Below, piece after piece: positions 1-10,353 of a stretch of 64,000 bases of DNA. Each line of letters opens with the position of its first letter. Position 1 is the stretch's first letter. Both the position numbers and the translations under genes were made by a program. The notes under the pieces were generated by a model. It did not search any database and was not told the DNA's origin. It saw only the letters and a program-made list of their open reading frames with translations. Source of the stretch: Candidatus Shapirobacteria bacterium GW2011_GWF2_37_20 (lineage in GTDB: Bacteria; Patescibacteriota; Microgenomatia; UBA12405); NCBI GenBank assembly GCA_000989305.1, contig LBTB01000005.1, forward strand, positions 4,409 to 68,408, given 5' to 3'.

Positions 1-804
1 ACCGGCCAGTTTTTGATATTTGATTTTGGTGCCACAATTAAGACACGGCTCCCCTTTCCGTTCATAAACTTGAAAGAAAAATTGATTTTTGCCGGCAGTG
101 CCGTCGGGGCGAAGATATTTGTGATCGCGGGCAGTTGAACCACCGGCTAAAACAGACTGTTTCATAATCTTAATTATAAACTTATGGATTGATTTTGCCT
201 GTTTTTGGGTAATTTTGTTTGAAGAAGTTTGAGGATGTATTCCGGCTAAAAAGAGGGCATCATTGGCGTAGATATTGCCAATTCCGGCAAAAAAATGTTG
301 ATCTAAAAGAACTGCCTTGACAGGACGACCACTGCGTTGAAGTTGTTGAAAAAGATATTTGGGAGAAAATAAGGGGTCAAAAATGTCGAGACCTAAATTT
401 ATCTGGGATTTTTTGAGTTCGCTTGGAGTAAGCAGTTTAACCCAACCGAATTTGCGTTGATCGTTAAAATATAATTTTGAATTATCAGTAAAAGTAAATA
501 TCAGGCGGGTAGATTTGGCGGGCATGGGAAGAGTAGATTCCTTGGTAGGATGACCCAAAACATGGCCCTGATAAATAAGTTGACCGGTCATTTTGAGGTG
601 GACCAACAGTATTAATTCATTGGCTAAATAGATAGAAAGCTGTTTACCGACGCGAGATAATTTAACTATTTTTTGCTTTTCGGCAAGCTTGGGATTACCA
701 ATGAAAGATTTGGGATTAAGAATTTCTAACTTGGAAATAGTTTTGTGAAAAAGTTTCTGCTCCAAAAAAAGCTTAACTACTTCGACTTCAGGAAGTTCAG
801 GCAT
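1..804 (-). CDS. mutM: Formamidopyrimidine-DNA glycosylase (3' end runs off the window; missing from the ORF track)
   Basis: The reverse complement at 804 reads MPELPEVE. HLKMTGQL and DQRKFG motifs are present, and the C-terminal zinc finger GEPCLNCGTKI lies near position 1. Confidence 0.95.
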   Translation of the reverse strand, partial: MPELPEVEVVKLFLEQKLFHKTISKLEILNPKSFIGNPKLAEKQKIVKLSRVGKQLSIYLANELILLVHLKMTGQLIYQGHVLGHPTKESTLPMPAKSTRLIFTFTDNSKLYFNDQRKFGWVKLLTPSELKKSQINLGLDIFDPLFSPKYLFQQLQRSGRPVKAVLLDQHFFAGIGNIYANDALFLAGIHPQTSSNKITQKQAKSIHKFIIKIMKQSVLAGGSTARDHKYLRPDGTAGKNQFFFQVYERKGEPCLNCGTKIKYQKLAG

Positions 805-810
805 AGGCTA

Positions 811-1713
811 TTATATTAAATCGTCGAGGTTGATAGCGGAAATGGCTTCATTTTTGGCCAAGTGTTCGAGTCCCACATCCATATCAGTGAAAGAGTCTTT
901 AAGAAAAGTCTGGGTTTGGGTGACATAACCCATGATAAGAACCAGGTGTGATAAATCTTTTTGCCCAGAATAAACGGTATAAATTAAATACAGCAAATTT
1001 ATACAATAGAAAAAAACGGCTGAGTTTTGAAGTGCAAACCACTCAGTAAAACCCCATTTACATAAACGATTAAAGTGCCGGGTATAAGATGCTTGTTCGA
1101 GATCAAAGTCATTACTGTCCTGAAGCTTGGCAAAATAAGCTTCGGTTTTAGAGTTTTGGATATCCTTAAGTTGAGCATAGCGTTGAGTGGTATAGATATC
1201 GATGAGAAGATAAATGGAAACACCGGCAATAGTTATCACAAAAGAAGGAAAATCGACGGCAAACAAAATTACAGGAATAATAAGAAAAGAAACAACACTA
1301 TCGATACCAGGTTGTTTTATGATATTCAAAGTGACTGAAGAAGCGTCGGAGAAATTACGGATAGCCTGAACGGTGGCATGACGTTCTTCTTTTGACTTGG
1401 ATTCCATGCCGAATAAAAAATAGTTGTTAATATCAAAACCAATATTACTGATGATGTGTTCCAGGCGGGTAATAGAAATTAGACGAAGGTGGTTGTCGAT
1501 AATGCGGACAATGAAAGTTAATGCCACCGTCATGAAGACTATTGACAGGGAAAGCTTCAGTTCCAGTTGTTTGACGATCAGGGAATATAAGTAGATGGTA
1601 AGGAGGGGAAGAATGGCGGAAATAAAACGAACAAATGTCCAAAAAAACAAGCTCCGACGATCGGAAATTATTTTTAAAACAAAGATAAAGACTTTTCTGG
1701 TTTCACTATTCAC
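811..1713 (-). CDS. ABC-exporter-like transmembrane domain protein with no nucleotide-binding domain
   Basis: About 6 hydrophobic helices in an ABC-membrane-like arrangement; no Walker A or B motif; GTG start. Confidence 0.55.
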   Translation of the reverse strand: MNSETRKVFIFVLKIISDRRSLFFWTFVRFISAILPLLTIYLYSLIVKQLELKLSLSIVFMTVALTFIVRIIDNHLRLISITRLEHIISNIGFDINNYFLFGMESKSKEERHATVQAIRNFSDASSVTLNIIKQPGIDSVVSFLIIPVILFAVDFPSFVITIAGVSIYLLIDIYTTQRYAQLKDIQNSKTEAYFAKLQDSNDFDLEQASYTRHFNRLCKWGFTEWFALQNSAVFFYCINLLYLIYTVYSGQKDLSHLVLIMGYVTQTQTFLKDSFTDMDVGLEHLAKNEAISAINLDDLI

Positions 1714-1776
1714 TGAAATTAATTATTGATGAAAAGAAGATAATAAGCAAGAAAAAAATTAAGGTAAAATAGGGAC

Positions 1777-2736
1777 ATGGTAGAAAATAATCAAATTTAT
1801 GACACAGTAATTATTGGTTCGGGGCCAGCGGGATTGACGGCGGCAATATATAATATTCGGGCCGAATTAAAAACCGTGGTAATCTCGGGGAATGTTCCCG
1901 GAGGCCAACTGACGGTGACAACAATAGTGGATAACTGGCCAGGTTTTCCAAAGGGCACCGGCGGAGTGAAATTGATGATGGATATGCAACAACAGGTAAT
2001 AAATTTGGGGGTCGAAATAAAAAATGGAAATGTGGTAAAAATTGATTCTGGAAACGAGAAGGCAGATTTTAGATTTGAGATACAGCTAGATAACGGAGAA
2101 ATGTTGAAAACAAAAGCGGTGATTATTGCTACCGGAGCAGGAGCAAGGTGGTTGGGATTACCCAATGAGAAGGAACTAATAGGAAGAGGCATTTCGGGTT
2201 GTGCTACTTGTGATGGAATGTTTTACAGAGATAAAGAAGTGGCGATAATCGGAGGCGGAAATGTGGCCTGCGAAGAAGCTGATTTTTTGGCAAAAATTTG
2301 TAAAAAGGTTTATTTAATTCACCGCCGAGATGAATTGAGAGCGTCACCGACTGAAGCCAAAAGAGTTTTGGAAAATCAAAAAATTGAAAAGGTTTGGGAT
2401 AGCGTGGTGGAAGAAATTACAGGAAAAGAAAAAGTTGAGGCAATTAAAATAAAAAATATTAAAACTGGTGAGGAAAAAATATTACCCATAGACGGGTTGT
2501 TTGTGGCTATAGGTAGAATTCCGGCAACAGATTTTGTGAAAAGTTTAATTGAGTTAAAGGAAAATGGTTATATCGTGACCGGAAATAACCAGGAATATCC
2601 TTCCATGACTTCAGTGGAGGGGGTATTTGCGGCCGGAGATTGCATGGATGAAAGCTACCGACAGGCAATTGTAGCGGCAGGAGCCGGCTCAAAGGCAGCA
2701 CTGGATGCAGAAAGATGGTTAAATTCAAAGGAATGA
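1777..2736 (+). CDS. trxB: Thioredoxin reductase
   Basis: GSGPAG FAD motif, CATCDG redox centre, GGGN NADPH motif, TSVEGVFAAGD. Confidence 0.96.
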   Translation: MVENNQIYDTVIIGSGPAGLTAAIYNIRAELKTVVISGNVPGGQLTVTTIVDNWPGFPKGTGGVKLMMDMQQQVINLGVEIKNGNVVKIDSGNEKADFRFEIQLDNGEMLKTKAVIIATGAGARWLGLPNEKELIGRGISGCATCDGMFYRDKEVAIIGGGNVACEEADFLAKICKKVYLIHRRDELRASPTEAKRVLENQKIEKVWDSVVEEITGKEKVEAIKIKNIKTGEEKILPIDGLFVAIGRIPATDFVKSLIELKENGYIVTGNNQEYPSMTSVEGVFAAGDCMDESYRQAIVAAGAGSKAALDAERWLNSKE

Positions 2737-2864
2737 AAAAAATAATTTCATGGAGCCTGGTGGCGATAGTTGTTTTCTTTGTAGGAAGTGTATTATTTAC
2801 GCCAGTTGAGACTGGAACCGAAGTTGGAAAAACTACCTTGTGGAAGAGTTTGACGGAGAAATAA
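2733..2864 (+). CDS. Putative 43-aa single-pass membrane protein (not in the ORF track)
   Basis: ATGA overlap with the trxB stop; MKKIISWSLVAIVVFFVGSVLFTPVETGTEVGKTTLWKSLTEK. Confidence 0.5.
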   Translation: MKKIISWSLVAIVVFFVGSVLFTPVETGTEVGKTTLWKSLTEK

Positions 2865-3942
2865 GAGATTTGATTTTTTGGATAAAGTTGTCACGGGAAA
2901 ATTTTTGAGCTTGGGCGACGCAGTCTTTAGGATTAAACTTCATCTTTTCAAATCTTTTAACGGCATCGACCAAAGAATCAACTGTGGGTTGGTTGAAAAA
3001 CGTACCGGTTTTTCCTTCAACAACAGTCTCTAAATAGCCACCACCGTGATAAGCAATGACCGGAGTACCCATTAACATGGATTCAACGGGGGTAATGCCA
3101 AAATCTTCGTCAACAGAAAGAACTAAAAAAGCCTTGGCACCGGCATAGAGACGGACCAATTCTTCATCGGAAACATAACCTAAAAATTCGACATTATTTT
3201 TACTTATTTTTTGAAGGTCTTTATATTCGGTGTAAAGACCAGTAGCTTTACCGGCAATTTTTAGATGAATCCCCAATTCCATGGCGGCATGAACAGCTAG
3301 ATCTAAGCCCTTGGCACCAACAATGCGGGTAATTATTAAATAATAATCTTGTTTTTTGGGTAGATTGTCGACATAGGGAAGTGAAACAGGTGGATAAATT
3401 ACTACTGATTCACGGCGATAATATTTCCAAATACGATCAGCCACATTTTTAGAATTGGCTATAAACTGAGTAACTCTTTGAGCGGCCCAGAAATCGTAAA
3501 GACGCATAAAATGGCCGACAACGTGAGCATAAAGACGAACAATCCAAAAGCGTTGTAATTCAACCGAGGTTTTAAAGCCATAGAGCCAACGGGGCGGAGT
3601 ATGACAATAACAAATTTCGCGGGTGTTGGATCCCTTGCGAAAACCTTTGGTGATATACCAGGAAGCGGAACTTAAAATAACATCGTATTTTTTAAAATTA
3701 AAAGATAGCCAAATTAGGGGAGTTAAAAAACGAAGAGGAGAATAGAGTCGATTGAAAAATGGGATGTAATGAGCCCAGGAAACGCGAATGTCCTTGCCTC
3801 TGAAACGTTCCCAGGCAGGAGAACCCTTCTTACAAAAAGCAGTATAAATGGGGGCGTCGGGGAAAGCTTCGGAAAGGGCTAATAAAACCCGTTCGGCACC
3901 GCCAAATTCATTGAGACAATCGTGAACGAGAGCGATCTTCAT
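2833..3942 (-). CDS. Glycosyltransferase family 4 (GT-B)
   Basis: MKIALVHD..GGAERV N-terminus, YCHTPPR, and the EDFGITPVE (EX7E) motif. Confidence 0.92.
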   Translation of the reverse strand: MKIALVHDCLNEFGGAERVLLALSEAFPDAPIYTAFCKKGSPAWERFRGKDIRVSWAHYIPFFNRLYSPLRFLTPLIWLSFNFKKYDVILSSASWYITKGFRKGSNTREICYCHTPPRWLYGFKTSVELQRFWIVRLYAHVVGHFMRLYDFWAAQRVTQFIANSKNVADRIWKYYRRESVVIYPPVSLPYVDNLPKKQDYYLIITRIVGAKGLDLAVHAAMELGIHLKIAGKATGLYTEYKDLQKISKNNVEFLGYVSDEELVRLYAGAKAFLVLSVDEDFGITPVESMLMGTPVIAYHGGGYLETVVEGKTGTFFNQPTVDSLVDAVKRFEKMKFNPKDCVAQAQKFSRDNFIQKIKSLISPSNSSTR

Positions 3943-3984
3943 TGGCTAAATGATAGCAAAATGGGATTAATATATACTACAAAC

Positions 3985-4857
3985 ATGGTCGGAGTTGTTT
4001 TTGCATTGCTTTGCGCAGTATTTATCGGATTTTCACAGATATCGCTTCGGAAAAGTTACAAGGAACTATCGCCCTCAGTGGCGTTTTTATTTGATTCGAT
4101 TTTTGGTCTATTGCTCTGGGTTCCTTTGGCAATTTTTATGGGGGTGTCGAGTGGAGCAAGCTTCGGGCAAGCATTTATTTTTGCTGTAATTTCGGCAATA
4201 TTATCTGAAGCAATAGTCTTTTATGCATTATCGCGAGGAGAATTGGCAGTAACCGCAACAATAATTACCACATATCCGGTTTATACGGTTATCTTTTCAA
4301 GGATACTGAATAAAGAATTGTTGTCGGCGGGAATAGTTGTTTTTGTCGTTTTAGCAATTTTGGGTAGTATTGTAGCCAGCCTGCCAGATAAAATTAACAA
4401 GTCTGAATTTAAGTTAAACAAGGCCGCGCTTTGGCCGTTTGTAGCGGCAATTTGTATTGGTCTTTCGGACACCCTTTCCAAGGGTTATATAAACCGCTCG
4501 GGTGATTTTAGTTTTTTGCTGATGCTTGGTTTTGTGCAAATACCGGTTGCCTTGGCTTACTTGAGAATTGAAAAAGAGTCATTTTTAAATTCAATAAAGG
4601 GAGTAATCAAGAGGTTTAAGGACTATAGATTTGCACTTATCGGCGGGTTATTCAATATCATCGGAACCGGATTTTTATGGTTAAGTTTTTCGTATGCTCC
4701 GGCCTCTATTGCCTCACCAATAACCGGTTCAAATGGAGTGTTTACGGTGCTACTTTCCAGATTCTTGTTGAAAGAAAAGATATCCAGAATTAAATATTTA
4801 GGAATATTCTTGGCTATTGTGGGAGTGATTGGAATCGCGGTGTTGAGAGAGGATTAG
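3985..4857 (+). CDS. EamA/DMT family transporter
   Basis: About 10 TM helices in two EamA repeats. Start moved to ATG 3985, 6 nt after TATACT. Confidence 0.85.
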   Translation: MVGVVFALLCAVFIGFSQISLRKSYKELSPSVAFLFDSIFGLLLWVPLAIFMGVSSGASFGQAFIFAVISAILSEAIVFYALSRGELAVTATIITTYPVYTVIFSRILNKELLSAGIVVFVVLAILGSIVASLPDKINKSEFKLNKAALWPFVAAICIGLSDTLSKGYINRSGDFSFLLMLGFVQIPVALAYLRIEKESFLNSIKGVIKRFKDYRFALIGGLFNIIGTGFLWLSFSYAPASIASPITGSNGVFTVLLSRFLLKEKISRIKYLGIFLAIVGVIGIAVLRED

Positions 4858-5792
4858 AACAAAGAACTTTGATTGGGGTCGATTTTTTGTTTAAGGGTTT
4901 TGACTGGTTTAGTGTTTTCTTCAAAATTTAGTCTTCTTTTGAGGCGGGAAGAGAGAGATTTAAAATGATATTCCTCAAAAAGAGATAAAAGTCCCAAGAA
5001 TTTATCCTGATTTAGGCGAGCGGAACGGAATTTAAATTTTAGAGGAATGTTACAGATTAGGGTGGCTAGTTTTTGTGAAAGATAGGCGTTGTTTTTGTCT
5101 TTGATTAATTTTTCCTTGACATTATCGCTAATCTCATCAAGATGGGTATAGATATTGTCCAGGTTTTGATACTTAGTTAAAAGATCAATGGCTGTTTTGG
5201 GACCAACGCCGGTAACGCCGGGATAAGAGTCCGACATATCCCCCATCAGAGCTTTTAAGTCGACAACTTGAGGTGGGGTAACTCCGAGTTTTTCTAAGAC
5301 TCCGGCCGGATCATAAGTCTTAGTTTCAGAAAGACCCCGAATAGGTACAAAAAGAGAGACTTTTTTGTTGACCAACTGCATTAAATCTTTATCGCCGGTG
5401 ATAATGGTAATTTTTTGAATAAATTTTTTCTTTTGGGCTTTTTTGGCAAGAGTGCCAATGAGATCGTCGGCCTCAAAGCCACCCATAGAAAGAGAAGGGA
5501 TGCCCGTTTTTTCTAAGGTTTGGGATAAAAGCGGGAGCTGAGAAACAAGATCGTGGTCAGTAGGTTTGCGCTTGGCACGATAGCCAATAAATTCATCATT
5601 GCGGAAAGTGGGGCCGGGAGAATCGAGACAGACTAATAAATAATCAGGCTTTAACTGATCAATGGAAGATAAAACCATGGAATAGAAACCATAAATGGCG
5701 TTTACGGGCTGAGCATTGAGACTGAGGGGTGGAATGGAGTGATAGGCACGGTGGGCAATAGCGTGGCCATCGATAATGACAAGATGAGACAT
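4854..5792 (-). CDS. Stand-alone 5'-3' exonuclease (Pol I N-terminal domain / flap endonuclease)
   Basis: IDGH..AHRAYH, EADDLIGT, TGDKDLMQL, GDMSDSYPGV.GVGPKTA; no polymerase domain. Start moved to ATG 5792, 6 nt after TATAAT. Confidence 0.9.
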   Translation of the reverse strand: MSHLVIIDGHAIAHRAYHSIPPLSLNAQPVNAIYGFYSMVLSSIDQLKPDYLLVCLDSPGPTFRNDEFIGYRAKRKPTDHDLVSQLPLLSQTLEKTGIPSLSMGGFEADDLIGTLAKKAQKKKFIQKITIITGDKDLMQLVNKKVSLFVPIRGLSETKTYDPAGVLEKLGVTPPQVVDLKALMGDMSDSYPGVTGVGPKTAIDLLTKYQNLDNIYTHLDEISDNVKEKLIKDKNNAYLSQKLATLICNIPLKFKFRSARLNQDKFLGLLSLFEEYHFKSLSSRLKRRLNFEENTKPVKTLKQKIDPNQSSLF

Positions 5793-5831
5793 AAGGTGAT
5801 TATAAGGCATTAATAAGGTAGAATTTTAGTA

Positions 5832-6755
5832 ATGGAACAACATCCGATTCCACAACAGATTACCTCCTACGAATTTAAGCTGGTGGGAGAAATGACCCTG
5901 AAGCAATTTGCCAGAGCGGCGGGAGGAGTAATTTTGGCATTAATTATCAACTCGACAAAGCTGGTGTTTTTCATTAAATGGCCATTAATCGCCATCACGG
6001 CTGGGGGGGGCCTGGCTTTGGCTTTCGTACCTTTTCAGGATAGACCGCTGGAAGTATGGTTGGGGGCTTTTTTGAAATCAATTTATTCACCAACAGTATT
6101 TTTCTATAAAAAGAAAAAACCAACAAACTGGTTGGATATTGACCTGACAAAATCCGTTAAAAAAACAGATGAAGAAGAACCCTTGGTTTTGCCTCAAAAA
6201 GAGACCGAAAAAGTAGCTGAATTTATTGGCTCCTTGCCATCAGTGGGAAGAGAAGAGGAGGTGGAAACAATAAACGAGGTTTTAGAAACAAAGGATGAAA
6301 TCTCAGAAGAAAGAGAGACAGAAAAAGTGGTGGCAGAAGAGAAAAAGTCAGAAGTAGCGGTGGAAGAAAAGACAGAAGAAGGAATTGAAGAAAAGAAAGA
6401 AGAAGTCGGTAGGGCTAATTTGGGATTGAAGACGGAAAAATTAGGCGCAACAGGAAGGGCGGTGTTTGGAGAAATTCCAATGCCAGATATTCCCGACTTA
6501 CCAAATTTAGTGGTAGGAATGGTGATGGACAAAAACGACAAAATAGTGGAAGGGGCGATTGTGGAAATACAAGACAAGGAAGGACATCCAAGCCGGGTGT
6601 TAAAAACAAACCAGTTGGGACAATTTAAAATCCTAACTCAATTAAGTGATGGAAAATATTTGGTGGTAACCGAAAAGGAGGGGTTGGAATTTGACAGAGT
6701 AGAAATTAATTTGGACGGAAATATTGTCAAACCAATCAAGATTCTCGCCAAATAA
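5832..6755 (+). CDS. PrgI-family (VirB3-like) membrane protein with a Glu-rich linker and C-terminal carboxypeptidase-regulatory-like beta domain
   Basis: MEQHPIPQQI..YEFKLVGEMTLKQF N-terminus, two TMs, GAIVEIQD...TNQLGQF C-terminus; lies upstream of a VirB4-like gene. Confidence 0.75.
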   Translation: MEQHPIPQQITSYEFKLVGEMTLKQFARAAGGVILALIINSTKLVFFIKWPLIAITAGGGLALAFVPFQDRPLEVWLGAFLKSIYSPTVFFYKKKKPTNWLDIDLTKSVKKTDEEEPLVLPQKETEKVAEFIGSLPSVGREEEVETINEVLETKDEISEERETEKVVAEEKKSEVAVEEKTEEGIEEKKEEVGRANLGLKTEKLGATGRAVFGEIPMPDIPDLPNLVVGMVMDKNDKIVEGAIVEIQDKEGHPSRVLKTNQLGQFKILTQLSDGKYLVVTEKEGLEFDRVEINLDGNIVKPIKILAK

Positions 6756-6782
6756 AACAGAAATAGGTTATCATTAAACAGT

Positions 6783-7481
6783 ATGCCAAGTGACCCATTA
6801 AAAATTGCCATTAAAGGTAGCACCCAGGACAATCTTCCAATTGAAGATATTGTTGATGGAATCGTGATTTTGAAGGACGGATCGGCATCAATGGTGCTTC
6901 AAGTATCGTCTGTTAATTTCGACTTATTATCAGAAAGAGAACAAGGTGCTTTAGTGTTTGCCTATGGAGGAATATTAAACTCGTTAAATTTTCCAATTCA
7001 AATAGTAATAAGCTCGACAACAAAAGATGTGGGTAATTATTTGAATAATCTGGAACTGGCAAAAAACAGCCAACAAAACGAAAAGCTGAAGGAGAGAATT
7101 GCCTCGTATAAAAAATTTGTCGAGGAAACAGTAAAAAGAAATGACGTGTTGTCAAAAACTTTTTATATTGTGATTCCTTTTTCCAGTTTAGAACTGGGAA
7201 TCAAGAATGCGCAAAAACAGATATTTAACTCACTAAACCCAATCAAAAAAGAAGTGGAATTGCCTTTTTCCAAAGAATATATTGTAGAGAAGGCCAAGGC
7301 GAGTTTGCAACCGAAAGAGGATCATTTGGTGAGACTATTTTCCAGATTAGGATTAGAAATAAAGGCTTTAAATACTAAGGAATTAATCGAGCTTTTTTAT
7401 AAAATATATAACGAAGACACCTCAAATAATCAAAAATTACAAAGCGTAAATTATACCGCCGCCGCGGTAACAGGAAAATAA
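6783..7481 (+). CDS. VirB4/TraC N-terminal-like accessory protein
   Basis: STQ..LPIEDI.DG, VNFDLLSEREQ, LNSLNFPIQI motifs resemble the PrgI-VirB4 cluster partner. Confidence 0.65.
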   Translation: MPSDPLKIAIKGSTQDNLPIEDIVDGIVILKDGSASMVLQVSSVNFDLLSEREQGALVFAYGGILNSLNFPIQIVISSTTKDVGNYLNNLELAKNSQQNEKLKERIASYKKFVEETVKRNDVLSKTFYIVIPFSSLELGIKNAQKQIFNSLNPIKKEVELPFSKEYIVEKAKASLQPKEDHLVRLFSRLGLEIKALNTKELIELFYKIYNEDTSNNQKLQSVNYTAAAVTGK

Positions 7482-7488
7482 AAAATAA

Positions 7489-10338
7489 ATGAATTTTTTA
7501 GATTTAATCAAAAAAAAGAAGACCGCTGACGGCTCTGCAGTTCCAATAGACAAGCCAGAAGTAGCGGTGGAGGCAAGGGCCGCTGACGGAACTAAACAAT
7601 TTGTGGAAGGACTGGTGTCAATAAAAGATATTATTGCCCCGTCGGCAATTGAGGTGGATTTTAACCACATAAGAATTGACAACAAATACTTTCGGACTTG
7701 TTTTGTGGCCGGATATCCACGCTTTGTAGGGCTAAATTGGTTGTCAACTCTAATAAACTTTGACGCTTCGTTAAAAACTTCGATGTATATCTATCCAACC
7801 GACGGAAAAGAGATATTGGATGATCTTCGGCGAAAAGTGGCGGAAATGGAGGCGGAAATTAGCACCGACATCCAAAGAGGAAGGGTGGTTAATCCGGCAA
7901 CACAAGCAAAACTAGAAGACGCCCTTAATTTGCAAAGCGATTTGGTAAAGGGAGAGGAAAGATTTTTTCAATTTGGTTTATACATGACATTGTCCTCTAA
8001 GACAAAAGAAGACTTGGATCGATCAACAAAGAATTTGGAATCGGCCCTGGGGGCCCTGATGATAATTTCTAAAAAGGCCAGCTTACAAATGGAGGAAGGT
8101 TTCACAAGTACCCTACCCCTGTGTTCAGACAAACTAAATATAACCAGAAATATGGACACCACATCTTTGGCTAGCACTTTTCCTTTTGTGTCTTCTGATT
8201 TGTCTGACGACAAGGGAATAATGTACGGAATCAATGAACACAACGGCTCACTGGTAATTTTTGATAGATTTTCAATGCAAAACTACAACTCGGTAGTATT
8301 TGCTTCAGCGGGAGCCGGAAAATCATACATGATAAAGCTTGAGGCGATGAGATCTCTAATGTTGGGAACTGATATTTTGGTAATTGACCCGGAAAATGAG
8401 TACCGAAGCCTAGCGGAATCAGTGGGAGGACAATACATTGCTTTTGGGTACGGAGAAGAATCAAAAATTAATCCTTTTGATTTATCGTTGGTGGTGGAAG
8501 AGGGAGAAAATGCCCTAAACGACAAGGTTTTAACGCTTCATAAAATGTTTAAGATAATGCTTGGAGCCATGGACCCAATGGAAGAGTCGATTTTAGACAA
8601 AGCGGTGATGGAGGCTTATAAGGCCAAGGGAATTACTCCTGATCCGGAAAGCCAAAAGAAGGAAGCACCATTGATTGAGGATTTATATAAGGCCTTAATC
8701 GGGATGGAAGAGGAAAAAGCTAAGAATTTAGCGGCAAGGTTGGAAAAATATATCAAGGGTTCTTTTGCGGGAATCTTTAACCAAAAAACAACAATAAATT
8801 TAAAGAATTCTTTTGTGGTGTTTGGAATCCGAAACCTTGAGGAAAGCTTAAGGCCGGTAGCAATGCACATTATTTTAGATTACATTTGGACAATTGTTAA
8901 AAGAGAGCTGAAAAAGAGAATCCTAATTGTGGATGAGGCTTGGTATTTAATGCAATACGATGACTCGGCGGCATTTTTACGGGGAATCGTAAAGAGAGGC
9001 CGAAAATATTACTTAGGAGTAACAACAATAACCCAGGATGTAGACGACTTTTTGGAGACACCTTACGGAAAAGAAATTGTGACCAACAGTGCCATTCAAA
9101 TCTTACTAAAACAACACAGTGCGGCCATCGATAAGGTGGGAGAAACATTTTACCTATCTGAGGGAGAGAAGCAGTTGTTGTTGTCGGCAGATAAGGGTGA
9201 AGGAATATTTTTTGCCGGACAAAATCATGTAGCAATTCAAGTAATCGCCTCTGACGAAGAACATAAATTGATTACTTCTAATCCTGAGGATTTGTTGAGA
9301 CAAAAAATTGCTGAAAAACAGGCGGCAATTGTTAAACAGGAACTACCGCAAGTAATTGAGGAAGAGACGGAAAACAAAGACGAGAGTCCAGAGACAAAAA
9401 TAGGGAAAAAAGTAGACCCGGCTATTGTGCCAACTGAAGCTGGAATTAGCCAGGTAAAAGAAGAATTAAAACCAGTTCCGACTCCGGAAATGGCGAAGGA
9501 ACCGATGGTTTCTGTGCCAGTAACGGAAACAAAGACTGAGATTAAAGCGGAAGAAAATCTTAAGCCCCCAACCCCGACAGATGCCGAAACGCCCCCCCTC
9601 AATCCTCCTTTGCCCGCGACTTCAGACCTACAGAACAAAGAAGATTCAGAAAGCGCCGAAGAAAAACCACAAATATTGTTTAAATCTGAGGTAGAAGAAT
9701 CACCGGAGGAAATCTTAAAGAAAAGAATTGCTCAAATGGAAGTACAAGAGAAAAAGGAAATAGAGGAACATAAAATCAAAGAGGCTGAAGAGGCTAAAAA
9801 CACTCAAGGCGGGATGGGTAAATTTGACGGAAGTGTCGGGGCCCTACCGAAATATCAGGAATTATTTAAGTCGCCAACATCAAAATTACCACCTTTGCCA
9901 CCTTTGCCAAAATTTGAAGCACCAAAACAAAGTGGTAATTTACCAAAATTTGAAGCTCAAAAACCCAGCTTTTTAACTCAAACCGAGGAAAAAGTAATTC
10001 CCCAACCACCACAATTAGCCAAAAAGGCAAAAGTGGAATTTGTTCCGGCTCCGCCACCGATCAAAACGGACACCCCTCTTAATGAAGAAAAAATCAGGGA
10101 AAAGAAGGGGGAGGAAATAAAAGCAACTGAGATTAAAGAAGTTGGTGAGACAAAACAAAGTCCCTCCCCTGATGTAAAGACGGAAGTTCTCCCTGACACT
10201 CCTTCACAAAAAGCTTCGGAGATGCAGAGTAAGGGAGACCAAGAAAAGAAAATAGACGAAGCAAAACCTGCTTCCACTGATGGTGCCGGTGAGGCGAAGA
10301 TGACTTACGAAGAATTATTCGGAAACGACAAAACATAG
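7489..10338 (+). CDS. VirB4-like type IV secretion ATPase with a ~350-aa low-complexity C-terminal tail
   Basis: Walker A ASAGAGKS, IDPENEY, INPFD, Walker B IVDEAW, RKY..TITQD. Confidence 0.88.
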   Translation: MNFLDLIKKKKTADGSAVPIDKPEVAVEARAADGTKQFVEGLVSIKDIIAPSAIEVDFNHIRIDNKYFRTCFVAGYPRFVGLNWLSTLINFDASLKTSMYIYPTDGKEILDDLRRKVAEMEAEISTDIQRGRVVNPATQAKLEDALNLQSDLVKGEERFFQFGLYMTLSSKTKEDLDRSTKNLESALGALMIISKKASLQMEEGFTSTLPLCSDKLNITRNMDTTSLASTFPFVSSDLSDDKGIMYGINEHNGSLVIFDRFSMQNYNSVVFASAGAGKSYMIKLEAMRSLMLGTDILVIDPENEYRSLAESVGGQYIAFGYGEESKINPFDLSLVVEEGENALNDKVLTLHKMFKIMLGAMDPMEESILDKAVMEAYKAKGITPDPESQKKEAPLIEDLYKALIGMEEEKAKNLAARLEKYIKGSFAGIFNQKTTINLKNSFVVFGIRNLEESLRPVAMHIILDYIWTIVKRELKKRILIVDEAWYLMQYDDSAAFLRGIVKRGRKYYLGVTTITQDVDDFLETPYGKEIVTNSAIQILLKQHSAAIDKVGETFYLSEGEKQLLLSADKGEGIFFAGQNHVAIQVIASDEEHKLITSNPEDLLRQKIAEKQAAIVKQELPQVIEEETENKDESPETKIGKKVDPAIVPTEAGISQVKEELKPVPTPEMAKEPMVSVPVTETKTEIKAEENLKPPTPTDAETPPLNPPLPATSDLQNKEDSESAEEKPQILFKSEVEESPEEILKKRIAQMEVQEKKEIEEHKIKEAEEAKNTQGGMGKFDGSVGALPKYQELFKSPTSKLPPLPPLPKFEAPKQSGNLPKFEAQKPSFLTQTEEKVIPQPPQLAKKAKVEFVPAPPPIKTDTPLNEEKIREKKGEEIKATEIKEVGETKQSPSPDVKTEVLPDTPSQKASEMQSKGDQEKKIDEAKPASTDGAGEAKMTYEELFGNDKT

Positions 10339-10353
10339 GATATAATTTAAGTC

